DNA from: a virus
Virus record (IMG/VR): IMGVR_UViG_3300044970_001982
Span: 45,101 to 109,100 of that record
Reading direction: 5' to 3' (one strand)
DNA length: 64,000 nucleotides
Part shown: in pieces, positions 20,001 to 28,730 of the stretch
Position numbering within the stretch: position 1 is the stretch's first letter
Layout of the letters: every line of letters begins with the position of its first letter
The notes under the pieces: model-generated
Databases searched by the model: none
Seen by the model: the letters and a program-made list of their open reading frames with translations, nothing else
What the model was told of the DNA's origin: nothing
Made by a program: the position numbers and the translations under genes

Positions 20001-23000
20001 TCTATTGTTTGCTTCCTGGCTTCTAATTGAGAAGTTCCTTGTTGCGTACCTTGCCTATTAGAGTCTGTAAAGAAATCTGCGCCTAACAAGATTACTAGTT
20101 CATCAACACCAGTATTTTCTATATTTCCTACATTTTCTAATCCAGGTACATCTACAGTATTATCTGAAAAATTAGAAAATATTTTTGAATTAGTTTTATC
20201 TAAAATTCTCTTGAATTCTTCAGGGAACTCTGTAGTGTCGTCAGGATCTAAACCATATGTTTTTGCAAATATATTTTTTACACTTTCGTATGTGTGGTAA
20301 CCAAATCTAAATTGATCCCATATATCATTAGCCTGTGATAGAGTTCTGCCGTTTCCGGCTATAACAGATACGTTTGGATCAAAATTTTCATCATAGAATG
20401 ATCGCGCCTCAACACTAACAGAATCCATCATGGAATAAACTGGAGCAAATCCAACTCTTCCAGAACCAGTATCGTCGTCTCCAGTTGTATATAGTTCGCC
20501 ATCTAATCTGTCATACAAAGTACTTCTACTTAAAACATCTGTATCATTAGATATTTTTGTAATATCTAATATGGCTTCAAAATATCCCAGGTCATCACCG
20601 CTCTTAAGAACATTTCCACCATATGTATAATCAATATCGGAAATACTTGCATTAGATGCTGACCACTCTGCAAATATTCCACTTGATTCTGCTAATTGTC
20701 TTTCTAAACTATCAGCTGAACCTGTTAGCTGTTTTCTTTGAGCAGTTAGAGTTTCTCCATTTGTTGCCGTGTAGTTTCCAAATCCAATAATATACTCTTC
20801 ATTAACAGCTTTATCATCGCCAACTAAAAATCTCTTTACTGGCGCTAATTCAGAAGATACTACTCCAACTGGAACATCATCCGGAACAAACGCAAAGAAG
20901 CAATCTACTAGCCTTGGTTGAATTGCAATTCCACTAGACTCTTCTAATGTATATAGTGGATTTCTAGAATCGCCGCCAGAATGTTTAAAATTTATAGAAA
21001 CGTCTTCTGATTCAGTTGATCCGATACTAGCCCAATTTGGTAAATTATTTTTTAATTCATCAGGAACTTTATCTACTAAACTAGAGACAAGTGAGCCTAA
21101 GTACCAGGCGGCATCGGGAGAGACCACGGCAGCAACGTCTTCATCTGAATCTTCACCCCACATAAAGTATGCTGGTGCGCATACAACTGCCCTTTGAGTT
21201 AATGGGCTAAATACTAAAACTTTTCTATTTTTATAGTCTTCCGCAGTACCATAGAGGTTTACAAAACCATACTGTTCCTTAAACTTTTCTAGAGATTCTC
21301 CTTGTATTAATTTATCAGAAGAACCTGGTTTATATGGCCATTTCATAGCAATATAAAACTGCTCTTCCAATAGACCCTTAGGAGAACCCCATTCTTGATA
21401 CGATATCTGCTCATTTAATTCATATTCAAAAGAATAATCATCTGCATTTTCAGCAGCGTCTATCGTTGTTACTGTTAACGCTCCAATATCATTTTCTCCA
21501 CCACTAGCAAATATTGATACTGATGGTAGTGGCATTCTTACTATGTTTATTTCTCCAAATAAACTTTGTTCACCAAGATTTAATTGATCTGTTAAACTAG
21601 CTAGACCTAAAGGTCTATCTAATTCATAGGTAATTTCAGAAGATGGTATAATCGTTATGGAGTTTTCTTTTATAAAATTAATTTCCTCTTGCATCAATGC
21701 AAGAATGCCCTTTGTAAACTCCAGCCCTCCCGATACGCCTGTTTTTACAGTATCTCCATCTTCTACATATCTATCTATTAAATCATCGGTAGCTATTTCA
21801 ACTGAGCCTACCTTAAGAGAAACTGGGAAACCTTGTGTATCTGCACGAAGATCTATATATGTTCCTTCTAATAATCCACCATCTCGAATCTCTGTTGAGT
21901 ACTTATTGAGTATTACATTTTCATTAACAGTATAAAATGGGTATCTAAATCTTATTGGAAGGTTGTCTATTTGAGCATGACCCTGAGCATTGTCGTTTCC
22001 TCTGTCTGCAAATGTTTTAGTTGGATCTCCTACGGGTAAGTGAAATCCCATTCTAACTTTTCCAACATTTACTGGTAATTTACAAACTACGTTATAAACT
22101 CCATTCTCATTTCTTTCCGAATAAGAAGATGCCAAATTAGAATTAAAGTTAATCAATCTACCATTAACAGATGCAGTTGGGGCATATATTCCTCTGGAAT
22201 TAACCTGATCTTGCACCAAATCAGATATAACATCTGAAAGTTCAGTTGATCTCTTAAAGGCCTCATAATCTGCTAAAGAGTTGGTTTGTGAACTTACTTG
22301 ATTAATAATATTTTCTATATCATTATTTGGCTGAACTATCTTTGGATATCCAGGAAGATTTAGCTGAGCCGCTTTTTCGTCACTTGGAAAACCCGTTGTT
22401 ACTGGAACTACACCAGAAGTATATAGCCAATGTGGTTTTCCGTAGAAAATTGTTGATCTATCTTCAAATGGTCTAACTGCAACTATGTAGTTTGGAAGTA
22501 GACGTGCACAGGTTTGGAATAAATCCCAAACAGTTCTCATGTATGTTTGAGCCCTAAAGGATACCTCATCAAATCCCTGCAAATCATCGTCAGCGTTGGG
22601 CGATATAATTCCCATAGTTCTAAATAAGTTGTTTCCACCACGCCCCCTTAGAAGACCAAATAGTCCTGCACCAGCTACTGCGCCAGCTACTGGATTTAGT
22701 GCTGCAAGGCCTATTGTTGCAGCACCTTTAAGGACACCTGCGACCAATCCAGCTCTACCTTCAGCGGAAACTAACTTATTGTCTTCTACTAAGTTTTCTA
22801 TTGTTTGAGTAGATGCGGTTGAACCAAGTTCTGCTTCTACTATTAAGCGGTTCCAAGATCTATCTGTAGCGGATTCAATATATCTTTGGCCAGCAAGTCT
22901 AAGACTATCAGTTGAATCCTGTGAAAATGAAGAAGCTGTAGACCAACCATCATCAAGGTCTCCTCCAAGGAATTGAGCAAAGCCCGTTCCATTTCCTGGA

Positions 23001-26000
23001 TAAATATTTCTCTTAAATAATTCTAGGTCTACATCAGAGCAATAGTTAGAGACTAGTTGACCCATACTAGTCATTAAGCTACCATTGCCGAATAGTCCAC
23101 TAACGGGATCTCTACTGAAAACATTAGAAATTCTAAATGCTGCGGAGTTAGCTGCTCCTCCAATATTTAGTTCAGAAAGATTATTATAAACTCCGGCAAC
23201 TGTTTGTCTAATTCCATCTGCACGAGCTCTTTCTATATCATTAAGTGGCTCATACAACATTGTGCCGAAGTGTCTAATGCCGAATCTATTTTCAGAAAAT
23301 ACGGTTCCGTTAGTTGCTCTTGCATAGGCTTCCTTAAATCTACTGGCACCCATGCTAAGAAGTCTAACCATAAGATCTCGTGGCTCCGATAGATACATTC
23401 CAGTATCTACTCCACCATCTATTTTTCCAGTATCTCCCTTTTTATTAGTTGAGTTAACTACAGCGCCTAGCTCAATTGCATCTGATTGAGCAGTGATTGT
23501 TACAATCTCTCCCTGCTCAACATTTGTTATCACTCCATTGAAAACGGTTTGCAAAGAATTTGGATTTGCTCCATATCCACATCTTAAGTGAACTCTAACT
23601 CCTGGCTTGAGTCTTATATTGTTGATATCAACAACATAGTTATTTCTCATTCCAGAAATAATATTTCTAGCGACATTTAATGTTCTATCAAGTATTGCAC
23701 TTATGCCATCGGTTAGATTCAAAGGATCATTGCTGAATTCATCATTATTTGCATTAAATATTTCTGTGGATGGCCGAGTTGTTAACTTAGAATACATATT
23801 TGACATTCTTAAAATAAGAGTGTCACCCAAAAGATCTTCAGAACTTACAACAGAAAAATCAACAATAGATTGTAGTCCGTAGAAATTATCAAATAATTTA
23901 ACACCTGCAAACATTCCACCTTCATCTATTAACCACAGCATGTAAGTTGGAAAGGCTCTAAGCATTCTTCCGGAGATGTCGCGATACTGAATATCATTTA
24001 ACATTTTCTCCATATGGCCGTTAAAGTCACCGCTATATGCTTGCTGATATTGATTCAGTGAACTAACTCCAGCTACTCCTGTTAGAGAGTTTGTGCATCC
24101 CCTATCTGGTGTTTGTGTATCTTCTACGAAATTAGATTGTAACTTTATTTTTGTTCCATTAGAACTATTCTCATCATTTTCTATAGTTACATTGGATCCA
24201 TCTATTGTTAGATAAAATCTTCCATTTTCTTTATTGATATATCCAAAATGAGTTCCAAGTGCAGTCTGCATAAAAGCTGGGATTTCATTTGGATTCTGTT
24301 CTTCTGGATCCATTCCGGGAATTATTGTTATTACTTTATGAAACTCTACTTCATCAGGATCAAAGCTAACTTGGGTTTCATTTTCTAAATGAGAATTAGC
24401 TAAAATATATTTTATTAGATCTTCTGTAGATGTATTTGTTACGCCAACGTTTCCCACTAAATATGGAGCACCGTTTATGTCTTCAAATATTTGCAAATCT
24501 TCACTTGAAGAAGCTGATAAAAAGATAAAATCAGTCAGCAGTGCTTGTTTCCTTACTGATGACTGCCCTTCTGTATTTGCAGAAACAACATCCTGAAATA
24601 TGCTTACAAAATTGTGGACACTAATTCCAGTACTCTGAACATAGTCAATCATTTCGTTTATTAACTGCTCATTAGTAAGTGCCCTTTGCTCTCGGGCATC
24701 TTGGTTATTAGCGTTTGTATAGGAATATCTTGTAATAAAATCTAATATTGTATTTCTAACTGATTGTATTTTTCTCTCTAAGTTATCAGATGTCCCCAAT
24801 GCCCAGTCATCTGAATTATCAAATTCAAACTTTTCAGTTAGATCTAATTGTATTTTTGTATTGTTAATAATATCAGAATCAAACATTGAGAAACTTCTAA
24901 AATAGAAGTCTGGATCTAGATTACCTACAACGCCCCCGTCCTTGTCTTTTATGGACAAAGGAAGATCTGGATACGCATTGAAAGATCCCCACATCTGCTT
25001 AATTCTTAAGAATGGATTTCTTTTTGTTCCAAAATGTTCTATTAATTTTGTTTGTTGGTCTGATGATATCTTCTCTCTTTTTTGCTGGAATATATCAAAG
25101 TCAACAAAACTTAACTGAACAGAATAAACATGTGGATAGTTGGGTATTGTATCTACTCTATAGTTAAGAGGTAATACATACTTAACTCCAGCTAAAGCTG
25201 ATATGATATTTTTAATTCCTAGGAAACCTATAACACCGGTAGAGTGCTCTAATCTAGCTAAACCATTTGCATGATCGAAAATATTCTTTATTTTAATTAA
25301 TTCTTTTTCACCAAAAACAGTTAAAGAAATATTTATATATGTATCTTTGCCACCTATAAATTGATAAGTTGGTTCGTCCTGCATTTGAACTTGCAGCTTT
25401 GCCAAATTGTTACCCATAGTAACGCTTACACCATTAACAATGGCCTCTTTAGGGTTTAGGTCAACTCTAGTCATAGGAACTTCCCATTCGTTAAAATGGT
25501 AGTCACCTTCTCTTAATCGAACTGCTTCCATTAAGTTCTTTACGAATCCATCCTTAAAGAATCTTTCATATAGATTTACCTGGAAAGCGTCAGTTATTTG
25601 TTGACGAATTTTATCTTGATCTACTTCAGTAATACCAGTGCTCTTTTGTTGACGAAGAACTTCTTGATTAACCAATTCATCTACTATTGATCCAGAGGCA
25701 GACGACTCATTGTAAATAGAGTACTTAATATAATTAAGACTTGCGTTATCTCCTTCTGGATTTTTAACAATCTCATTATTTCTATAATAAGATTCAGAAC
25801 CAATTGTTGGATATTGATTAAAATGAAGAGATGGAATTGCATTTTCGCCAGGATAATTTCTTAACCAACTTGCTTGTTCTGAATCTATTCTAGTTATATT
25901 TTCTGAAATAAATGATTGTACTTTATACGCATATACTTTTTCTCTAAAGTCGTCAGTACTGGTGCCTGCTGTCATAATGTCAATTGCTTGACGAACAAAC

Positions 26001-28267
26001 TTTTTAGTGGATAATGGATAAGTTGATTCTAACGAAAGAGAAGATATGTCATTAATATCTTTTATTAATGGTGTAAGACTTGTACGATCAATTCCAAAAT
26101 TTTCTAGAATTCTATCCCAAAGACCAGAACTAGTTTCGTTTAATATTTTTTCTTGCTCACTTCTAAAAGAAGTGCTGTCTGGTAGGAATATTTTTGTTTG
26201 TGTCTCTGCTGGAACAAACAAAGTTAGATTGCTTCCATCTTTCCATTGAGTAACTATATTTGTAGACAGTACATCATTATCGTAAGTGTTAACATATTCT
26301 AAGTTTTCTGCCAAGATGCCATCTTCATCAGTTGTATCTACTGGCATTGCGCCGTATGGACTAACCTCATACGTATCCGCTTGATTTGTAGCTTTATCAT
26401 CTGATGTCTTTAATAAAAACGCCTCACTAACATATCTATGCATTTCTCCTGCGGCTTTGCCCATATATTGACGATATTTACCCCAGTGAATAGCCTGATT
26501 AAAATCTTTAATCATTGGCAAGAATGGCTTGTGATTATAACTGTATAATTCTAAGTCAACTACTAATGCAAATGGATAACTTGGTATTGTTGATATAGAC
26601 ATAGCGGATAGTGCAACAGCTGTAATTCCGTGCACAGAGTTTATATACTGATTCTTGATTGGTAGAATTGGAGAATACTTAAACGCTGCAATTAATCCTC
26701 TGAGTGAGGATAAGAACTTATCTATTTTATCTTCTGAGTCTCCACCATTTTTGAAATCTATAGTAAAGTTTTCATTTAAATCTAAGCTAGAAGCGTCGTC
26801 TATTGAGAGACCCCATATTTCTTCATAGTTAGGGAAAAATAATCTTAACGATACCGTGGTTTCTTTGTATCCAGCATTAAACTTTGGAGTGTTTCTTTGA
26901 CGTATTGCACCACCTGTAAGGGATCCAGTTTTAAATGCAGAATTAACACTAACAGAAACTGGTGGAACATAAAAGTTTGCAGCTCCTAGTCTTAAATGAA
27001 AGATATCTGGTTTTCTAGGTGGTATATTTGCCCTGAATGGAAAATCTTGTAAAGCTTTTTTAATTCTTTCTGAAGTTGTATAAAACTTTTCTGTGCCAGC
27101 TAAAGTAAATATTGGCTTACCAGATTGACTAACGCCAAATGCTTTTTCTAGCGAAAGAATAGCGTCTGCCATATTATTAAGAGTATCCTCTTGGCCTCCA
27201 CCCTTTCCGTTATTTGAATAGTCGCCAACAACAGCTATAGCATCAAAAACAAACGTCAGCAATGATGGGAAATAGTGGTTTATTATAGAGAATGAAATAG
27301 GATCTTGCTGAAGACTATAAACAACTTGACTTAGTTGTTGTAACCATGGAGTATCTACCGATGGATCTATAAAATCATTTGCAGATTTTTTAACTGTTGC
27401 TATATTTTGCAATCTTTTCTTAGCGAACTCTCCTATTTCATAGGCATAGGATGCCAGGTAGATTAAACCCGTAGATTCTAACCTGGAATATATACTTCTA
27501 GCTAAAGTTTCTTCTTCTGAAGTATTTAAAAGATTTTTAATATCTATGCCAAAAACCCTCGAAGTTGCTCTTACATTTTTTTCTGTAATTTCATCTTTTC
27601 TTGTCTTTTGGAAAAATTCTTCCATTGGGTCTACTTGAGTTCCGTCGTTGGCGCCAAAATATATTAAACTAAAGAACCTCTGAACTTGGTAAATTGCTTC
27701 ATCTTCTTCATAATTTTTTTCGTCTTCTACTGTTTCTTCGGAAACCAATCTTTCTTCAAATGCAAGAAGCTGCTCTAGCATTTCATCATTAATGCCAACA
27801 TCTATAGATGTTTCATACCATATTGTTATTCTTTCCAATATTTTAGATGCTAAAAATTTAGTTACCTTTTCATCCGCATCCGTATATGCATAGTTTGTTA
27901 CAAAGTGATTTATTATATCTGCTTCAGTAGAAAGACCTGGATTTTGCAAAACCCCAAATCTAGCGCTTATAACACTAAGATATTCATCTAATACTAAAGA
28001 CGTATTTATTGCTGTTCCAGATATAAAAATCGATACAGATTTTTTGTATAAGGCTAAAGAATATTTATCATTAAAGTCTAAATTAATTAACTGTGAACCG
28101 GTTATATCTGGAGTAGATAAATCTACGTTATCGCCAAACTGAAGGAACGCAGATAGGCTAGATGTAGAAACGGACTGATCTGATAGATAGGCACTTAGGG
28201 TAGTATAGTCTAAGTCGCTTTCAGCTATATATGTAAGAGCTTGTCGTGCTATTGAATTTATTGCCAT
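17030..28267 (-). CDS. Giant baseplate hub protein with an RlpA-like barrel, hydrophobic helices and a C-terminal thermonuclease (SNase) domain
   Basis: 3745 aa. Hub-like GELIIIGNADIRPHDLVYL...FEVEQVVHHF; SNase-like VTEFIDGDTF...VRFDGINTGE...RVLG...LNWELVSNNLAQVY; RlpA-like YIAMKW...RKVLV...VSPDAAWYLG. Confidence 0.7.
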   Translation of the reverse strand: MAINSIARQALTYIAESDLDYTTLSAYLSDQSVSTSSLSAFLQFGDNVDLSTPDITGSQLINLDFNDKYSLALYKKSVSIFISGTAINTSLVLDEYLSVISARFGVLQNPGLSTEADIINHFVTNYAYTDADEKVTKFLASKILERITIWYETSIDVGINDEMLEQLLAFEERLVSEETVEDEKNYEEDEAIYQVQRFFSLIYFGANDGTQVDPMEEFFQKTRKDEITEKNVRATSRVFGIDIKNLLNTSEEETLARSIYSRLESTGLIYLASYAYEIGEFAKKRLQNIATVKKSANDFIDPSVDTPWLQQLSQVVYSLQQDPISFSIINHYFPSLLTFVFDAIAVVGDYSNNGKGGGQEDTLNNMADAILSLEKAFGVSQSGKPIFTLAGTEKFYTTSERIKKALQDFPFRANIPPRKPDIFHLRLGAANFYVPPVSVSVNSAFKTGSLTGGAIRQRNTPKFNAGYKETTVSLRLFFPNYEEIWGLSIDDASSLDLNENFTIDFKNGGDSEDKIDKFLSSLRGLIAAFKYSPILPIKNQYINSVHGITAVALSAMSISTIPSYPFALVVDLELYSYNHKPFLPMIKDFNQAIHWGKYRQYMGKAAGEMHRYVSEAFLLKTSDDKATNQADTYEVSPYGAMPVDTTDEDGILAENLEYVNTYDNDVLSTNIVTQWKDGSNLTLFVPAETQTKIFLPDSTSFRSEQEKILNETSSGLWDRILENFGIDRTSLTPLIKDINDISSLSLESTYPLSTKKFVRQAIDIMTAGTSTDDFREKVYAYKVQSFISENITRIDSEQASWLRNYPGENAIPSLHFNQYPTIGSESYYRNNEIVKNPEGDNASLNYIKYSIYNESSASGSIVDELVNQEVLRQQKSTGITEVDQDKIRQQITDAFQVNLYERFFKDGFVKNLMEAVRLREGDYHFNEWEVPMTRVDLNPKEAIVNGVSVTMGNNLAKLQVQMQDEPTYQFIGGKDTYINISLTVFGEKELIKIKNIFDHANGLARLEHSTGVIGFLGIKNIISALAGVKYVLPLNYRVDTIPNYPHVYSVQLSFVDFDIFQQKREKISSDQQTKLIEHFGTKRNPFLRIKQMWGSFNAYPDLPLSIKDKDGGVVGNLDPDFYFRSFSMFDSDIINNTKIQLDLTEKFEFDNSDDWALGTSDNLERKIQSVRNTILDFITRYSYTNANNQDAREQRALTNEQLINEMIDYVQSTGISVHNFVSIFQDVVSANTEGQSSVRKQALLTDFIFLSASSSEDLQIFEDINGAPYLVGNVGVTNTSTEDLIKYILANSHLENETQVSFDPDEVEFHKVITIIPGMDPEEQNPNEIPAFMQTALGTHFGYINKENGRFYLTIDGSNVTIENDENSSNGTKIKLQSNFVEDTQTPDRGCTNSLTGVAGVSSLNQYQQAYSGDFNGHMEKMLNDIQYRDISGRMLRAFPTYMLWLIDEGGMFAGVKLFDNFYGLQSIVDFSVVSSEDLLGDTLILRMSNMYSKLTTRPSTEIFNANNDEFSNDPLNLTDGISAILDRTLNVARNIISGMRNNYVVDINNIRLKPGVRVHLRCGYGANPNSLQTVFNGVITNVEQGEIVTITAQSDAIELGAVVNSTNKKGDTGKIDGGVDTGMYLSEPRDLMVRLLSMGASRFKEAYARATNGTVFSENRFGIRHFGTMLYEPLNDIERARADGIRQTVAGVYNNLSELNIGGAANSAAFRISNVFSRDPVSGLFGNGSLMTSMGQLVSNYCSDVDLELFKRNIYPGNGTGFAQFLGGDLDDGWSTASSFSQDSTDSLRLAGQRYIESATDRSWNRLIVEAELGSTASTQTIENLVEDNKLVSAEGRAGLVAGVLKGAATIGLAALNPVAGAVAGAGLFGLLRGRGGNNLFRTMGIISPNADDDLQGFDEVSFRAQTYMRTVWDLFQTCARLLPNYIVAVRPFEDRSTIFYGKPHWLYTSGVVPVTTGFPSDEKAAQLNLPGYPKIVQPNNDIENIINQVSSQTNSLADYEAFKRSTELSDVISDLVQDQVNSRGIYAPTASVNGRLINFNSNLASSYSERNENGVYNVVCKLPVNVGKVRMGFHLPVGDPTKTFADRGNDNAQGHAQIDNLPIRFRYPFYTVNENVILNKYSTEIRDGGLLEGTYIDLRADTQGFPVSLKVGSVEIATDDLIDRYVEDGDTVKTGVSGGLEFTKGILALMQEEINFIKENSITIIPSSEITYELDRPLGLASLTDQLNLGEQSLFGEINIVRMPLPSVSIFASGGENDIGALTVTTIDAAENADDYSFEYELNEQISYQEWGSPKGLLEEQFYIAMKWPYKPGSSDKLIQGESLEKFKEQYGFVNLYGTAEDYKNRKVLVFSPLTQRAVVCAPAYFMWGEDSDEDVAAVVSPDAAWYLGSLVSSLVDKVPDELKNNLPNWASIGSTESEDVSINFKHSGGDSRNPLYTLEESSGIAIQPRLVDCFFAFVPDDVPVGVVSSELAPVKRFLVGDDKAVNEEYIIGFGNYTATNGETLTAQRKQLTGSADSLERQLAESSGIFAEWSASNASISDIDYTYGGNVLKSGDDLGYFEAILDITKISNDTDVLSRSTLYDRLDGELYTTGDDDTGSGRVGFAPVYSMMDSVSVEARSFYDENFDPNVSVIAGNGRTLSQANDIWDQFRFGYHTYESVKNIFAKTYGLDPDDTTEFPEEFKRILDKTNSKIFSNFSDNTVDVPGLENVGNIENTGVDELVILLGADFFTDSNRQGTQQGTSQLEARKQTIEFIRTNYIDATSQGISGDAGVIEYFNNVISKSLDNIRVNFFENQIINNLLQYSIENTDNQSEAIKLSDQIKTPKQLFLLMVGLFRQKLWSTAYGRAWLVLKPDRKKGPFGNGKGSEGSWSFKPVDKVFEAFISPYSQYAKGSEKFLQLLVSTASEGSNSSTWIGGIGEDVSDFYQRNIGPIFTAIGDGLSGLLGMFKLNMMQMGYAISEVGNFGKQAHILNKVLNDSIYYSLGRPGTLLRAVDNPFTREYGEPVLEVRQPFQRLHYVSSFSHIISNQIQENLNNVATVVTAVSDGKHPVTVALDKGAPPERQTEITVETGIYYDNMIGSGFLGVLHPLMHPLETFRGVAKNAQGTPDELSARRIALAHLKESIKDIYGGELIIIGNADIRPHDLVYLSDVYERMYGLFEVEQVVHHFTPEMGYITSITPNALVTVNDPSRWFLSSWLRSWLGLQNIRNDTRFYIDNIMASNTGINVGGDISVDALSDALMPQMMGGIEYTHGSTSLVKDIMANQTALTLPQKAQQLIDANKSGSDTGFKAVAGGLIAGSGLIAAAAGGAAAAIALPIVGQLAWKGWKWIRDNVLDQHGCYIQYLNKNGQPMDAGLSYNQGMVVGRYHSKALLPGLLGARTKVKTPEGNVFIRSDDLLKSLGWQEVEIKDLVRHIDYENAITHARVLQLSGLGPEKADLQPSLFRVIVKVTEFIDGDTFWVQDIISGSTFKVRFDGINTGETNTIRVGGIPNEPGNQDNQTQLTSISTPGGRAKLYTEEKLKNRIFVLRTKISNSATDDVIFEQQFQPGANENTVANYAKDVTASERVLGTIWYYQPESVVQQAEQFVTSCFIKNKEKNIGSVDSINNLICLEFFKGIYEDSPMNVKKLSIYNEIINSKLSYFAPEYLRDNAQTNYGISEDDVVKLYNALVAYRILNATYEKTSEWPTIFWDEYYEDGYPVTLNWELVSNNLAQVYAKQVQIESESVISAEESALMPRRVI

Positions 28268-28272
28268 AAAGC

Positions 28273-28719
28273 CTACTTAAACATCATGTTATTTCTAATA
28301 ATAGTTTTTAATCTATCGCTGGAAGAATCCTTCATAGTTGAAGAACTGTAGTTATTAATTATACTAGATTTTGTTTCCAAATTAAAGGAATTTTGAATAA
28401 AATTTGCATTTACTCTGTTGCTGACATCTTTTGAATACCTGGCTTTTTGTTGAGATTTATTATCATAGCCAGTACCATTCATTTGTATATAGGTAGAAGA
28501 TGAGTTGTCCATTCCTTCAAATGAACCTTTAAGCTTGTCAGACTTACCTGTAGCTTGTATCTTTTGTCTAGAATCAGAGACTACATTTCTTGCCGGTGAT
28601 TTAGAAGATGATATTTTAGCTGCGTACTTATTGGCAGTGAGAGTTCTATGAGAGGTGTCTTTAGGCTGTTTTCCAGCAGCGCTTAGTGCTTTATTTTGAT
28701 CTTTTACACCTAAAATCAT
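28273..28719 (-). CDS. Small basic, S/K-rich hypothetical protein
   Basis: 148 aa ORF filling the gap between adjacent genes, same strand. Confidence 0.7.
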   Translation of the reverse strand: MILGVKDQNKALSAAGKQPKDTSHRTLTANKYAAKISSSKSPARNVVSDSRQKIQATGKSDKLKGSFEGMDNSSSTYIQMNGTGYDNKSQQKARYSKDVSNRVNANFIQNSFNLETKSSIINNYSSSTMKDSSSDRLKTIIRNNMMFK

Positions 28720-28730
28720 AGTTAATTATC

